Shown piece by piece: positions 50,983-61,977 of a stretch of DNA of 64,000 bases (positions are counted from its first letter, which is position 1; every line of letters starts with the position of its first letter). This DNA comes from a virus. Its lineage: Duplodnaviria > Caudoviricetes. The position numbers and the translations under genes are program-made. The stretch spans positions 23,063 through 87,062 of IMG/VR virus record IMGVR_UViG_2574179795_000001. One strand, written 5' to 3'. Under the pieces are notes generated by a model that did not search any database, was not told where the DNA came from, and saw only the letters and a program-made list of their open reading frames with translations.

Positions 50983-53900
50983 ATGCCTGAGGGCTTTCGG
51001 ATTGCCAAGGCCTGGGTGTCGGTTTCTCCGGACACTGAGGGCTTCCGGGAGGAGTTGCAGCAGCGCCTTGAGGAGGCGATCGCCGGTGTGCGCGCGTCCG
51101 CGCGGGTCTCCCTGGACCTGTCGGAGCTTGATGCGCGGGCTTCGGAGGCGCGCCGGCGGGTTGAGGAGCTCAGCGGGGAGCATGCCGAGGCCGAGGTCGG
51201 TCTGGACATCTCTGATCTGGAGGCCCGGGCTTCGGAGGCCCGTGAGCGGGTCGATGAGATCGGGGAGTCGCATGCGGAGGCGACTGCGGATCTGAATGCG
51301 TCGGATCTGGACGCACACGCTGATGAGGCTGAGGCGCGGCTGAATGCGATCGATGGGCGCCGTGTTACGGCTCATGTCGACGCTGACACGTCCGAACTCG
51401 ATGCGCGGGTCGCTGAGGCCCGGACCGAGCTGGACGGGCTCTCTCGGGACAGTAGCGGCCGGTTGCGTGACAGCCGCGGCCGGTTCGCCGGGGCCGGCGT
51501 CGGCGGTGGTCGCGAGGAGGGTGGCGGGAGCGGGAGCGGGAGCGGCGGCGGCGGCTTCTTCAGCCGCGTCTTCGGCGGCGGCAGTGGAGGGGGGAGCGGC
51601 AAGAGTGCAGTTGGCGAGGGCGGCGGTTTCCTCGAAGAGATGCCGGGTGGCCTCGGGAGTGTCCTTGCGGGTGTCGGAACGATGCTCCTTCCATCGGTGG
51701 GTGGTGTTGCGGCGGGTGCTGGTCTGCTGGGCGCCGCCGGCTTCGCGGGCTTGGGCGGCATCGCCAGCGCCCTGTCTGCGAAGGCGCAGGCCAACCAGAC
51801 GCTGGGTCTGACCCCGCAGCAGAAGCAACTCACCTCGTTCTCCAACAGCGTGGCGGACCGGCAGGCCCAGGAGCAGGTCACCAATGCCCGCGCCCAGGCC
51901 GCGCAGGACGCGATCACGTCCGCGCATGCGATCGAGCAGGCCCAGCAGAGCTTGACCTCCGTGGAGCGGTCCGCTGCGGAGTCGCAGGTGCAGGCCCTCG
52001 ATTCGGTGCGTCAGGCGGAGCAGGGCGTGGAGGAGGCCAACTACGGCCTCTCGGAGGCGCAGTACAACTTGAATCAGGCGTGGGAGGCGGCGCGGGAGAA
52101 CATCTCGCAGCTGAACGACCAGCTCGCCGACAGCAAACTGAATGTGCAGTCCGCGCAGTTGGCGATCAAGCAGGCGATCGTCAACCAGCGGGAGGTCAAC
52201 GAGAACGCCTACTCCACCGACCTGCAGCGCCAGCAGGCCGCGTTGGGTGTGGTCCAGGCACAGCAGCAGCTGCAGGACGCCCAGGACCAGCTGACCAGCT
52301 CCCAGTACAAGGCGAACGTGGCCAACCAGGAGGGCGTGGACGGCTCTCAGCAGATCATCCAGGCCAAGCAGCAGCTGATCCAGGCGCAGTACGGGCAGAC
52401 CGATGCGCAGGCGCAGTACGCGGACGCGCAGATGAACCTGCGCGACACGGAGTTGAACAACGCGCAGCAGATCCAGCAGGCGCAGCTCGACTTGGCGGCC
52501 ACTCAGCAGCAGGCCTCGTATCAGCAGCAGGTGGATGCGCGCACGGTCGCCGAGGCCGAGCGGAACGTCAGTGACACGTTGAAGCAGCAGCAGTTGCAGT
52601 TGGCTGCGACCGCGAGCACCGAGAACGAAGCGGCGAACATGTTCGCCCGGGACATGGCCCGGTTGACGCCCGCCGCACAGAACGTGGTGAATCAGATTTT
52701 GGGCATGCAGGGTGCCTGGCGTCAGATGAAGGCGACGGCGGAGAACGCGATCTCCCCGGGCGTGTCGGTGTTCCTCGACGGGGTGTCGAAGGTCCTGCCG
52801 TTGATCAGTGATGGTGTCGGGAAGATGGCCGGTCTGATCGGCCAGGCGTTCAGCTCGGTCGGCAAGCAGTTGCAGTCCTCGGGTGCCGGGCAGGTGCTGT
52901 CCGGTCTGATCGACAACGGGCTGAAGCTCGCGCAGGTCGTCGCCCCGGCGCTGGGCGGCTTCGTCGGGATTCTGCTGAAGGTCGGCTCGCAGTCCGGCGC
53001 GATCGACGGTCTCTCCAACTTGATCGGCGGTCTGGCGGGCGGGCTGTCGAACATCGTGAAGGCGATCTCGCCGTTCGCCGGGGTGCTGTCGCAGGTCTTC
53101 ACGACCCTCGGCAGCGCCCTGCAGCCGTTCGGCACACTGCTGGGCGGCGTGGTCGGGTCGCTGGTCTCGGCGCTGGCACCCGCCCTGCAGGCGATCCTGC
53201 CGGGTTTCCAGGTACTCGCCAGCGCGCTCGGTCAGGGGCTGACGGTCGCTCTGCAGGCGATTGGTCCGCTCCTGCTGCCGGTGGGCCAGGCGATCACCGC
53301 TGTGGCGTCGGCCGTGTCACCGCTGCTACCAGCCTTGGGCGGGCTGATCGCGAAGATCGCCTCGGCACTCACCCCGGTGCTGCAGGCCGTGGTGCCCATC
53401 ATCGGGATGCTCGCGCAGCTCCTGGTGAAGGACCTGCAGGACGGGCTGCTGAAGTTCGTCACAGCGATCCTGCCGATCCTGCCGGCTGTGGCGAAGCTGA
53501 TCGTCTCGCTGACGCCACTGCTCGGTCTCATCCTCGGGCTCGCCGGCTTCCTCCTGGACATGTCCGCGAAGATCTTGGGCCCCGTGCTGGGCGCCCTCGC
53601 GCAGCTGATCGTGTGGATCCTGGAGCTGGCGTCGAACTGGCGGCAGGTCGTGACTTGGATCGAGGATGCCGCGCTGTGGCTGTGGCACAACGTCCTCGAC
53701 CCGATGTTTCACGGCATTGCGGAAGGCGCGGTCTGGCTCTACCAGAACGGGATCCTGCCTCTCTACCACGGCTTCATGGACGTGATCGGCTGGATCGAGA
53801 CCGGGGCCGACTGGCTGTGGCACCACGTGTTCGACCCGCTGTATCAGGGTCTCACGCTGGGCGCGAGCACCTTCATCACGGACTTCTCGACGGCGTGGGG

Positions 53901-55083
53901 CAAGCTCGAAGGGATTTTCAAGGACCCCGTCAACTTCATGATCAACACGGTGTACACCAAGGGCATCGAGGAGCTGTGGAACGGGGTCGTCGGCGCAATC
54001 GGGCAGGACAGCCTCAAGCTCCCGGACATCCGGCCGTTCGCCTCCGGTGGTCTCGTGCCCGGCTACGCGCCGGGCCAGGACACGGTTCCCGCGATGCTGT
54101 CGCCCGGCGAGGGCGTCCTCGTCCCGGAAGCTGTGCGGGCGCTCGGCCCGGGCACGGTCCTGGCTCTGAACGCCGCTTACGGCGGTGGCCGCACCTCAAC
54201 GCCCGGGCACTTCAAGGGCGGCGGGATCATCGGCGGGATCACCTCGGCGTGGGACACCGTCACCGGCGGGGTCAGTAAGGCCGTCGACATCGGCAAGATC
54301 GCCGCCGCCGTCGGGACCGGCAACACCACCGCGCTGAACAACGCGCTGGCGAAGCTGGTGGGCACGAACGCGGCCGGGAACTACGCCAAGCTGCTGCTGG
54401 GCGTCCCGACCACACTGATCGGCGACCTGGTGAAGGCAGTCGTCGGCGGAAACAGCCCAGGATCCTCAGGTGGCGGCACTTCGATTCCGGCTGCCGTGTC
54501 CGGGTCGGTCGCACAGTGGTTCGCAAGCGCCGTCCAAGCCACCGGCGCCCCCACCACCTGGATTCCGGGACTGGAGACGATCGCGCACTACGAATCGGGC
54601 GACAACCCGAACGCGATCAACAACTGGGACTCCAACGCGAAGGCCGGTGACCCGTCACGCGGACTCATGCAGACCATCATGTCGACGTTCCTGGCCTACC
54701 ACCAGGCCGGGACCAGCAGCAACATCTACGACCCGGTCGCGAACATCGCAGCCGGTATCAACTACATCAAGTCCCGCTACGGGAGCGTCGACAACGTGCC
54801 CGGCATCAAGTCGCTCGCCCGCGGCGGACCCTACGTCGGCTACGACTCCGGCGGCTGGCTCATGCCCTCCGGCATGCCCGTCAACGGCCTCAGCCGTCCG
54901 GAAGCGGTACTGACACCGGACCAGTGGGAGTCGATGCATGCGATCGCCCAGCAAGCCGTGAATTCAGGATCCGCCGGCCGAGAAGTCACCGTCGTCCAGC
55001 ACTTCCACGGCACGGAGTTCCCCAACGCTGAGCAGAAAGCGGCGATGCAGCGGGAACTCGGGCTGGCACTCAGTGGCGGCTGA
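50983..55083 (+). CDS. Tape measure protein with C-terminal lytic transglycosylase domain
   Basis: Long coiled-coil and amphipathic repeats; HYESG..N..WDSNA..G.PSRGLMQ...DPVANIAAGINYI..RYG. Confidence 0.95.
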   Translation: MPEGFRIAKAWVSVSPDTEGFREELQQRLEEAIAGVRASARVSLDLSELDARASEARRRVEELSGEHAEAEVGLDISDLEARASEARERVDEIGESHAEATADLNASDLDAHADEAEARLNAIDGRRVTAHVDADTSELDARVAEARTELDGLSRDSSGRLRDSRGRFAGAGVGGGREEGGGSGSGSGGGGFFSRVFGGGSGGGSGKSAVGEGGGFLEEMPGGLGSVLAGVGTMLLPSVGGVAAGAGLLGAAGFAGLGGIASALSAKAQANQTLGLTPQQKQLTSFSNSVADRQAQEQVTNARAQAAQDAITSAHAIEQAQQSLTSVERSAAESQVQALDSVRQAEQGVEEANYGLSEAQYNLNQAWEAARENISQLNDQLADSKLNVQSAQLAIKQAIVNQREVNENAYSTDLQRQQAALGVVQAQQQLQDAQDQLTSSQYKANVANQEGVDGSQQIIQAKQQLIQAQYGQTDAQAQYADAQMNLRDTELNNAQQIQQAQLDLAATQQQASYQQQVDARTVAEAERNVSDTLKQQQLQLAATASTENEAANMFARDMARLTPAAQNVVNQILGMQGAWRQMKATAENAISPGVSVFLDGVSKVLPLISDGVGKMAGLIGQAFSSVGKQLQSSGAGQVLSGLIDNGLKLAQVVAPALGGFVGILLKVGSQSGAIDGLSNLIGGLAGGLSNIVKAISPFAGVLSQVFTTLGSALQPFGTLLGGVVGSLVSALAPALQAILPGFQVLASALGQGLTVALQAIGPLLLPVGQAITAVASAVSPLLPALGGLIAKIASALTPVLQAVVPIIGMLAQLLVKDLQDGLLKFVTAILPILPAVAKLIVSLTPLLGLILGLAGFLLDMSAKILGPVLGALAQLIVWILELASNWRQVVTWIEDAALWLWHNVLDPMFHGIAEGAVWLYQNGILPLYHGFMDVIGWIETGADWLWHHVFDPLYQGLTLGASTFITDFSTAWGKLEGIFKDPVNFMINTVYTKGIEELWNGVVGAIGQDSLKLPDIRPFASGGLVPGYAPGQDTVPAMLSPGEGVLVPEAVRALGPGTVLALNAAYGGGRTSTPGHFKGGGIIGGITSAWDTVTGGVSKAVDIGKIAAAVGTGNTTALNNALAKLVGTNAAGNYAKLLLGVPTTLIGDLVKAVVGGNSPGSSGGGTSIPAAVSGSVAQWFASAVQATGAPTTWIPGLETIAHYESGDNPNAINNWDSNAKAGDPSRGLMQTIMSTFLAYHQAGTSSNIYDPVANIAAGINYIKSRYGSVDNVPGIKSLARGGPYVGYDSGGWLMPSGMPVNGLSRPEAVLTPDQWESMHAIAQQAVNSGSAGREVTVVQHFHGTEFPNAEQKAAMQRELGLALSGG

Positions 55084-55150
55084 GCAAGCAGTACCCGGTC
55101 CGGGGTGACGAGACGACCGGCGGAGAAGCGACACAGGAGGTGGGCATCCA

Positions 55151-56398
55151 ATGACGGGCGCGCAAGCAGGGCAGCCCTGGCAGCTCTTCCTCAACTTCTA
55201 CTCCGAAACCACAGGGGCGCTCGCCGACCCGTCCTCCGTCACCCTGGACATCACCTACGGTCAGCAGGTCGGCTTCGCGCCCGACGTCGGCGGCCCGTAC
55301 ACCTACTCAGGCGCCTCAGCCCCCACACAAGGGCACGTGTGGCGGTCTGGCGTCGGCCAGTACGCGTGCATATGGAACGTCCCGCCGGGCTCCCCGCAGG
55401 GCGTGTACGTCGCCAACTGGACGTGCCGCTACGGCAGCGGCACCTTCCTCGGAGTCGAGGATTTCACAGTCACCGGCGGAGTCCCGCTGCCCGTCCCCTC
55501 CGGAGACATCGGGTACTGGACCGGAGGCATCCTCTATGGCTCCCAGGCCGTGGAGTTCGGCCAGACAGACTCCAACGGCATCACCTGGATATGGCGGAAG
55601 ATCGAAGGCTGGGACAGCCCTGACGTGCAGGGCTCAGGGGTCATCCCCCGCGCCGGCGACCACGGTGCATGGGCCTCACCCCAGTACTTCGCGGCCCGCA
55701 CCCTGACACTCACCGTGACGGCGTCAGCCCCGACGCAGGCCCTGCGGGACATCGCCCGGACGGAGCTGCAGCAAGCCGTGCCGATCAGCGACCTCGCACA
55801 GCTGCGCTACGACGAGCCGGTCCCCAAGTTCGCGTGGATCCGCCGATCGGGGAAAGTCACCGAGGCTTATCCGACCCTCACCGACGTCACGTTCACGGTC
55901 GGCCTGGTCGCACCCGACCCGCGCAAGTACGGCACCGTACAACGGTCCATCAGCATCGGCCTGCTGCCGCCCGGCGCAGGCGGCAGCATGGTCGAGCCGT
56001 TCACCGTGCCGTTCTCCCTGTCGCCCGCGCCGCCACCGGGAACCTCGACCGCGACCAACGCCGGCTCATTCCCGTCCCCGCCGGTCGCCGTCGTTGCTGG
56101 CCCAATCGCCGGGCCGGCCCTGACGAACCTCAGCTCCGGGCAGAGCGTTTCCTGGCCCGGACTCACACTGAACGCCGGCGACGTCCTGGTGGTCGACTTC
56201 CTCAACAGGCAGGGCTACGTCAACCCGACGTCAGTGTCGTACAACCCCGGCATCCCCTCCACAGGCGGCACGTTCTGGCCCGCCGACGTCGGCTCCTCCT
56301 GGTGGCAACTCGCCGCCGGCAGCAACCAGGTCGCCTTCAGCGGCTCGGCCAGCACCGGGGCGACCGCATCGTTCTACTGGCACGACAGCTACGTGTAG
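55151..56398 (+). CDS. Distal tail (Dit) protein with extra N-terminal domain
   Basis: After TMP; FGQTDSNG..W..IEGWDSP, RTLTLT, APDPRKYG, WWQLAAGSNQV. Confidence 0.8.
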   Translation: MTGAQAGQPWQLFLNFYSETTGALADPSSVTLDITYGQQVGFAPDVGGPYTYSGASAPTQGHVWRSGVGQYACIWNVPPGSPQGVYVANWTCRYGSGTFLGVEDFTVTGGVPLPVPSGDIGYWTGGILYGSQAVEFGQTDSNGITWIWRKIEGWDSPDVQGSGVIPRAGDHGAWASPQYFAARTLTLTVTASAPTQALRDIARTELQQAVPISDLAQLRYDEPVPKFAWIRRSGKVTEAYPTLTDVTFTVGLVAPDPRKYGTVQRSISIGLLPPGAGGSMVEPFTVPFSLSPAPPPGTSTATNAGSFPSPPVAVVAGPIAGPALTNLSSGQSVSWPGLTLNAGDVLVVDFLNRQGYVNPTSVSYNPGIPSTGGTFWPADVGSSWWQLAAGSNQVAFSGSASTGATASFYWHDSYV

Positions 56399-56406
56399 GA
56401 GTAGGT

Positions 56407-57486
56407 ATGGCAACCTCTGTGACGACGAGCCTGCCGATGTGGCTGGCAGGGTGCACATATGACGCCGACGGCGGCAATGACCTGCGGAACTCCGGCGTGA
56501 GCGCCTATTTCTACGATCCAGGTGTCGTGTCGGGCACCACGATCGGCCTGCTTGGCGGCGTGGTCGGTGGCGCAGGCCTGGCGGTGGCCGCCGGCTCTGG
56601 TATGACGGTGACCGCCGCGCCCGGAAGCTTCGTGGTCCCCAACACGGGGGCGCCGACGGCCGGCGGGTACGCCTCCACTCTCCCCTCGCAGGCAACCTTG
56701 ACCGTACAGACGGCCGATCCCACGAACCCGCGCATCGACATCGTCGTGGCGAACGTCGTCGACAATGGCAACAGCACCTCGCTCGGCGAGGTGCAGATCA
56801 TCACCGGCATCGCCGCGCCGTCGCCGTCGGCGCCATCCGCGCCGGCAAACAGCGTCACACTGGCGCAGCTATCGGTGCCAGCCGGGACGATGGCGATATC
56901 CAGCGGCTTGATTACCGACAAGCGCGTGTACACGACCACTACCGGCGGCATCGCGGTAGCGCCCAAGGGCAGCGTGACCGGCTACAACGGGCAGCTCGGG
57001 TACGACGCAGCGTCGGGCAGCTTCTACCACAACAGCGTCTCCGGGGCCCAGCAGATGCGCACCCTGCCGTGGGCGCCCATCACGCTGTTCAAGACCGTCG
57101 ACGTGATCTCCACCAGCGGAGCCATCGTGACGGTGCTGTCAACGACGATCACCGTCGACGGCAGCACCGACATCGGCATCTACCTCAAAGCGACCGGCAT
57201 CTACATGTCCGCGTCCCACGGCGAGTTCGCCTGCAACCTGCAGGCCTACATCGACAGCACCCTGCTCGATGAGATGGTCATTCTCAACACCGCCAGCGAC
57301 GGCGTCGTCCGAGGCGGCGGCGCCTTCACCGCCTACACGGACCCCTCACAGGGCACCACGCCGTCGGCCGGCACCCACACGATCAGCTACAAGATGCAGG
57401 GCCTCGACTCGACCGGCTTCAACGTCACACTGCGCGGGGCCAGCTACTCTCCGTCGATCCTGCGGGTCTTCCCGGTCGCGGCCTGA
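56407..57486 (+). CDS. Minor tail/baseplate protein (359 aa)
   Basis: GMTVTAAPG, NPRIDIVVA, LAQLSVP..ITDKR. Confidence 0.8.
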   Translation: MATSVTTSLPMWLAGCTYDADGGNDLRNSGVSAYFYDPGVVSGTTIGLLGGVVGGAGLAVAAGSGMTVTAAPGSFVVPNTGAPTAGGYASTLPSQATLTVQTADPTNPRIDIVVANVVDNGNSTSLGEVQIITGIAAPSPSAPSAPANSVTLAQLSVPAGTMAISSGLITDKRVYTTTTGGIAVAPKGSVTGYNGQLGYDAASGSFYHNSVSGAQQMRTLPWAPITLFKTVDVISTSGAIVTVLSTTITVDGSTDIGIYLKATGIYMSASHGEFACNLQAYIDSTLLDEMVILNTASDGVVRGGGAFTAYTDPSQGTTPSAGTHTISYKMQGLDSTGFNVTLRGASYSPSILRVFPVAA

Positions 57487-58691
57487 TGTCCATCTACACA
57501 TACCTCGCCACCGACCTCATCAGCGGCCGCGTCCTCGCCGACACCCTGCCGCTCACCGTCCAGTCCTTCGGGATGCAACTCAACGGATCCGGCACCCTGA
57601 CCGGCACACTCGCCCTCAACGAGCTGTACTCCGTGAACGCCCCCGCGGTCGCCGCACTGGAATGCCGCCGAGCGGTGCTCTGGGTACTGCAGGATGGCTA
57701 CCCCGTGTGGGCCGGCGTGGTGTGGGACTGGCCGGACACGAGCCGCCACGAAGGCACGCTGCCGATCTCCGCTCACACGCTGGACAGCGTGTGGTCGCAC
57801 CGGCTGATCACCGACACCATCGAGTACCGGGCCGTCGACCTGTACCAGGCGTTCATCGACCTCGTCACCTACGGCATGTCCAAGCAGTCCCCGTACATCG
57901 CCAGCTTCTCCCCCGCCGCCTCCCGGCCACCCGACTACCTAGCCATGGTCGCCACCAACGGGGCGGTCTCACGCCTCGTCACGCCCAGCGGCTCCGAGGC
58001 GATTCTCGGCGTGCCGTGGACCGCATCGCACACGTACTCCGACCTGACGCAGGTCTCCAGCGCCTGGGCCGACATGTGCGCCTCAGGAGCCCTGGAGTAC
58101 GCGTTCGTCCCAGGCCTCGACGGCGCCGGCAACATGGTGGTGTTCCTGCGGCTCGGCTACCTGCAGTTGGGGCGCACCGCAGCGTCAAGCGGATACACGC
58201 TGACGTACCCCGGCAACGTCCTCGACTACGGCTACCAGCGCACGGGAAGCCAGTCCAGCAACTACGTGTGGGCCACCGCGCCACCCAACGGGGCTGCCCT
58301 GCAATGGGAGTCGGCGTATCCGCACGGCGCGGACCTCGCCGACCTCGCGTCGGGCTACCCGCTGATGGAGACCACAGTGACCTGGCAAGGGTCCGTCGTG
58401 ACCTCCCAGGCCCAGATCGACGGATTCGCCGCCGGCCAGGTGATGATGCGCACCCAGGCCATGACACTGCCCGTCGTCAACGTGGGCGGCGGCGGCCGCC
58501 CACGGATCCGGGACATCATCCTCGGCGACACCACCACGCTGGTGGCCACCTCCCCACTGCATCCCCCACAGCCCAACGGCGCCCCCGGCCTGCAGCAGCA
58601 GGTACGGGTCATCGGGTGGACCGCCTACCCGCCCAAGCCGTCCCAGTCCGAGTACATCCAGCTCACTACCTCCGGAGTCATCTCCGGCTGA
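57486..58691 (+). CDS. Tal/baseplate hub-like minor tail protein (Gp37-like)
   Basis: YTYLATDLISG..LPL..SF...LNGSG.L; VWAGVVW. Confidence 0.8.
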   Translation: MSIYTYLATDLISGRVLADTLPLTVQSFGMQLNGSGTLTGTLALNELYSVNAPAVAALECRRAVLWVLQDGYPVWAGVVWDWPDTSRHEGTLPISAHTLDSVWSHRLITDTIEYRAVDLYQAFIDLVTYGMSKQSPYIASFSPAASRPPDYLAMVATNGAVSRLVTPSGSEAILGVPWTASHTYSDLTQVSSAWADMCASGALEYAFVPGLDGAGNMVVFLRLGYLQLGRTAASSGYTLTYPGNVLDYGYQRTGSQSSNYVWATAPPNGAALQWESAYPHGADLADLASGYPLMETTVTWQGSVVTSQAQIDGFAAGQVMMRTQAMTLPVVNVGGGGRPRIRDIILGDTTTLVATSPLHPPQPNGAPGLQQQVRVIGWTAYPPKPSQSEYIQLTTSGVISG

Positions 58692-58706
58692 ACGGGGGGA
58701 GACACG

Positions 58707-59012
58707 GTGCCTCTGCATCCGCCCTCCCTTGGGCAGCGGTTCGCCTCGGTGATGAAAGACCTCCAATTGCGAGTCACGAAGCTGGAGTCCCGTACCGCGT
58801 CCATCGACTCCGGCTGGCCGCTCGCCGTACTGCCCGCCGTTGTCGACGCCGGCTACACGACGGGCGACCCGCAGGTCTACATCAACGGCGCCACGGCCCT
58901 GTCAGGCCCCTATCAGTACCTCTCCTCATACACCCCCGCCGCCGGCGACAACGTCCTCGTCGCGCCCGTCGGCGTCACCAGGACCTACGTCGTCCTCGGC
59001 AAACTCGCCTGA
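58707..59012 (+). CDS. Small minor tail (spike OB-fold-like) protein
   Basis: YLSSYTPAAGDNVLVAPVG..YVVLGKL. Confidence 0.75.
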   Translation: MPLHPPSLGQRFASVMKDLQLRVTKLESRTASIDSGWPLAVLPAVVDAGYTTGDPQVYINGATALSGPYQYLSSYTPAAGDNVLVAPVGVTRTYVVLGKLA

Positions 59013-59024
59013 CTGGAGGCTGCG

Positions 59025-61085
59025 GTGACTGCGAACGTCTACGGCGTGACCCTGACGGACCTGCTCGGCTGGATCAACGTCCAGTCGATGCCGTACGGCG
59101 CGAAGGGCGACGGTGTCACCGATGACACTGCCGCCCTGCAGGCCGCTCTCAGCGCGGCCGGCTCCAGCGGTGTGGTCTATTTCCCGGCCGGAACCTACAT
59201 GATCTCCTCCGCCCTGGCAGTGCCAAGCAGCGTGACCCTCCTCGGATCCGGTTTCAACACGACGGTCATCAAGCAGACCTCGACGACCGCGAACGGCTTC
59301 ACGGCGACGAGCACGACGGCGCTGAAGATCAGCGACTTGCAGGTCTACGGTCCGTCCAGCGGCAGCGGCATGGGCATCTTCATCTCCGGTTCGCCCACCA
59401 GCTACGTGTACCTGCGGAACGTGAGGGTGGCGCACTTCGGGTCGGATGGCATCAACGTCGTCGACCCGATCATCTCGCGTTTCGATGACACCATCTCCGC
59501 GCTCAACGGCGGCCACGGCTTCAACGTCGGCGGCGCCACCAGCGCGACGGGCGGCACCAGTTGCTCGTTCACCGCCTGCTACGGGCTCGGGAACGCCCAG
59601 GCGGGCTTCTACCTGAACAACCTGCAGTACTCGAACCTGTCGGGCTGCGGCAGCGACACCAACGGCACGGGCTATTACCTGAACGCGTGCGTGTGCGTGA
59701 CTCTCACCGGGTGCGGAGCGGAGTCCTCGCAGGTCAATACGGCCCCGTACGTCGGTAACTCGTTCGTGGTCAACGGCGGCTACGGCAACTCGATCATCAG
59801 CGCCTTCGTCTACCAGAACCCGGCGATCTCATACTGGGTGACGGGCAGCGCCACGAAGATCATGATGTTCGCCTGCTCAGACAACGGCCCCACCGGAACC
59901 GCCACCAACTCGATCAAGGTGGATTCCAACTCGCAGGCAACCATCACCGCCCCCGTCACCACATCCCCGGTCAGCTACTCAAGCACCTCCCAGCTACTGA
60001 ACGACGGCAGCGGAAACCTGCAGACCTGGGGCCAGATACTGGCAAAGACATCCGGAACAATCGCGCTCGCCGCCATGCAGAGCGGCACGGCCAGCAACAT
60101 CAACTGGATCGTCACCAACACCGGCCAAGTCCAGTTCGGCTCCGGCTCGGCAACCGTCGACACCCAGATCGCCCGCACAGCGGCAGGCGCCCTCGCGATC
60201 ACCAACCGCACCACAGCGCACGGCGCAGCCCTCGCCGTCGACGGGCCGATCACCAACACCGGCAGCACCGCATCCGGCGCGGTCCTTGGGATCAGCAACG
60301 CCACCAGCGCACCCACCACCGCGAACGCGACGATCACGTCCGCCGCCTCGACGGACAAGACCCTCGCGCTGCAGGCCAGCGGCGACACGGTGCCGCGCCT
60401 CTCCTCTGATGCCACCGGCAAGCTGCAGTGGGGCCCGGGCGGGTCCACCGCCCTGGACACCGACCTGTACCGGTCCGGCGTCGGCGCCCTGGCCACCGAC
60501 GGATCCCTCGCGGTCGGCACCAGCCTGACCGTCAACGGCGCGCCCGCACCCGGCGCGACCTGGCTGCCAGCCGACCTGGGATTCATCGGGTGGACGTACG
60601 ACCCGAGCGGCACTACCAACACCACGCTGACCGTGTCCGGCACCGTCTACCTCGCACGCGTGCCCGTCCGTACCGCCCAGACGATCAGCAAACTCGCGAT
60701 CGGCATCACCACCGCCGCCGCGACGGCGACCGCCAACCAGAGCTACCTCGGCCTGTACAGCAGCGCGGGCACGCTGGTGGCGTCCACCGCGGCGGGCGCC
60801 CTCGACACGCTGATCACGTCCGCCGGGATCCTCAATGTGGCCGTCGCGACACCGTACGCTGCCGCGGCGGGCTACTACTGGGTGGCCTTCGTCAACAACG
60901 CCACGACGGCCGCGACCGTCGCCCGCGCGAGCGGCGTGTCCCTGTCGATCTCCAACGGCGGCGCGGCCGCCTCCAGCTTCCGGTACGCCGCCAACGGCAC
61001 CTCCCAGACGAGCCTGCCAGGCAGCATCACCCCCGGCTCGAACACCGTCTCCGGCGCCACCACGATGTGGGCAGCCGTCAGCTGA
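59025..61085 (+). CDS. Tailspike/receptor-binding protein with pectate-lyase-3-like beta-helix
   Basis: [26 protein letters not shown]...VYFPAGTY; beta-helix repeats. Confidence 0.9.
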   Translation: MTANVYGVTLTDLLGWINVQSMPYGAKGDGVTDDTAALQAALSAAGSSGVVYFPAGTYMISSALAVPSSVTLLGSGFNTTVIKQTSTTANGFTATSTTALKISDLQVYGPSSGSGMGIFISGSPTSYVYLRNVRVAHFGSDGINVVDPIISRFDDTISALNGGHGFNVGGATSATGGTSCSFTACYGLGNAQAGFYLNNLQYSNLSGCGSDTNGTGYYLNACVCVTLTGCGAESSQVNTAPYVGNSFVVNGGYGNSIISAFVYQNPAISYWVTGSATKIMMFACSDNGPTGTATNSIKVDSNSQATITAPVTTSPVSYSSTSQLLNDGSGNLQTWGQILAKTSGTIALAAMQSGTASNINWIVTNTGQVQFGSGSATVDTQIARTAAGALAITNRTTAHGAALAVDGPITNTGSTASGAVLGISNATSAPTTANATITSAASTDKTLALQASGDTVPRLSSDATGKLQWGPGGSTALDTDLYRSGVGALATDGSLAVGTSLTVNGAPAPGATWLPADLGFIGWTYDPSGTTNTTLTVSGTVYLARVPVRTAQTISKLAIGITTAAATATANQSYLGLYSSAGTLVASTAAGALDTLITSAGILNVAVATPYAAAAGYYWVAFVNNATTAATVARASGVSLSISNGGAAASSFRYAANGTSQTSLPGSITPGSNTVSGATTMWAAVS

Positions 61086-61105
61086 CCGCAAGCACCCAAC
61101 CCTCC

Positions 61106-61133
61106 GCCCCGCCAGCGTGCGGGGCTTTCGCAT
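61106..61133 (+). promoter_or_regulatory. Hairpin plus TTTCGCAT upstream of the lysis region
   Basis: GCCCCGC/GCGGGGC stem, then TTTCGCATG and GGAGG SD. Confidence 0.55.
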
Positions 61134-61146
61134 GCCTGGAGGCACC

Positions 61147-61977
61147 ATGACTACCCGCTATCCGCTCGGTCGCTTGGTCGAGCACGACCCCCGTTCGCTC
61201 GCGTACGCGCACGGCGTGCTGCCCAAGTCCGCGATCAGCAGCGTGGATTGGACGCGCAGGGCCCCGATCCTCGACCAGGGACAGCTCGGCTCGTGCACAG
61301 GGAACGCGGCCACGGGCGCACTCGGTACGGACTCGGCCGGCCGGACCGCGAGCACCTCGGTGACCGTCAGCGCTGCGGGCGCAACAGCGTCGCACGGCCT
61401 GTTCACCGCCGGCCAGCACGTCCTCGACGAGGCGTTCGCGGTCGCCCTGTACTCCCTCGCGACGCTGCTGGACGGAATTCCCGGCCAGTACCCGCCCACC
61501 GACACCGGCTCTTCCGGCATCGGCGTCGCGAAGGCCCTGCAGGCGCTGGGCCTCGCGCAGTCCTACACGCACGCGTTCAGCCTCGCTGCCCTCAACTCGG
61601 CGCTGCAGCAGGGCCCGGTGCTGATCGGCATCGAGTGGCTCAACAGCATGTTCAACCCCGCCTCGGACGGGCGGATCCCCGTCGACCAGACGTCTGGTGT
61701 CGCCGGCGGCCACGAACTGGAGCTGTGCCGCTTCGACGCGACCGCGGGAGAGTACTGGATCGCCAACAGCTGGGGGACCTCGTGGGGGCAGGCCGGGTGC
61801 GGCTACCTGACGGCCGCGGACCTTACGTGGCTGCTGTCCCAGCAGGGTGACGTCACCATCCCGGCCTGGGTGAGCGCGCCGACGCCGACCCCCACTCCTG
61901 TGCCGACGCCGGCCCCGGTGACGGCGCAGCAGCTCGCCACCGGGATCCGCAACTACCTCACGTCGCAGGGGGTCTGA
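61147..61977 (+). CDS. Papain-family (C1A-like) cysteine peptidase (276 aa)
   Basis: [13 protein letters not shown] (Gln/Cys), GGHEL (His), ANSWGTSWG (Asn). Confidence 0.88.
   Translation: MTTRYPLGRLVEHDPRSLAYAHGVLPKSAISSVDWTRRAPILDQGQLGSCTGNAATGALGTDSAGRTASTSVTVSAAGATASHGLFTAGQHVLDEAFAVALYSLATLLDGIPGQYPPTDTGSSGIGVAKALQALGLAQSYTHAFSLAALNSALQQGPVLIGIEWLNSMFNPASDGRIPVDQTSGVAGGHELELCRFDATAGEYWIANSWGTSWGQAGCGYLTAADLTWLLSQQGDVTIPAWVSAPTPTPTPVPTPAPVTAQQLATGIRNYLTSQGV

Noticed and set aside
2174-54400. Visible switches between G-rich and C-rich plus-strand segments
   Set aside because: Not quantified. It may reflect mosaic codon usage, and a cumulative GC-skew computation would be needed before linking it to the origin.
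36115-61085. Shared C-termini of the two fibre genes considered as a DGR template/variable repeat pair or an invertible tail-fibre switch
   Set aside because: No reverse transcriptase is present, similarity is distant and protein-level rather than near-identical DNA with A-specific mismatches, both genes are on the same strand, and no active invertase is adjacent.
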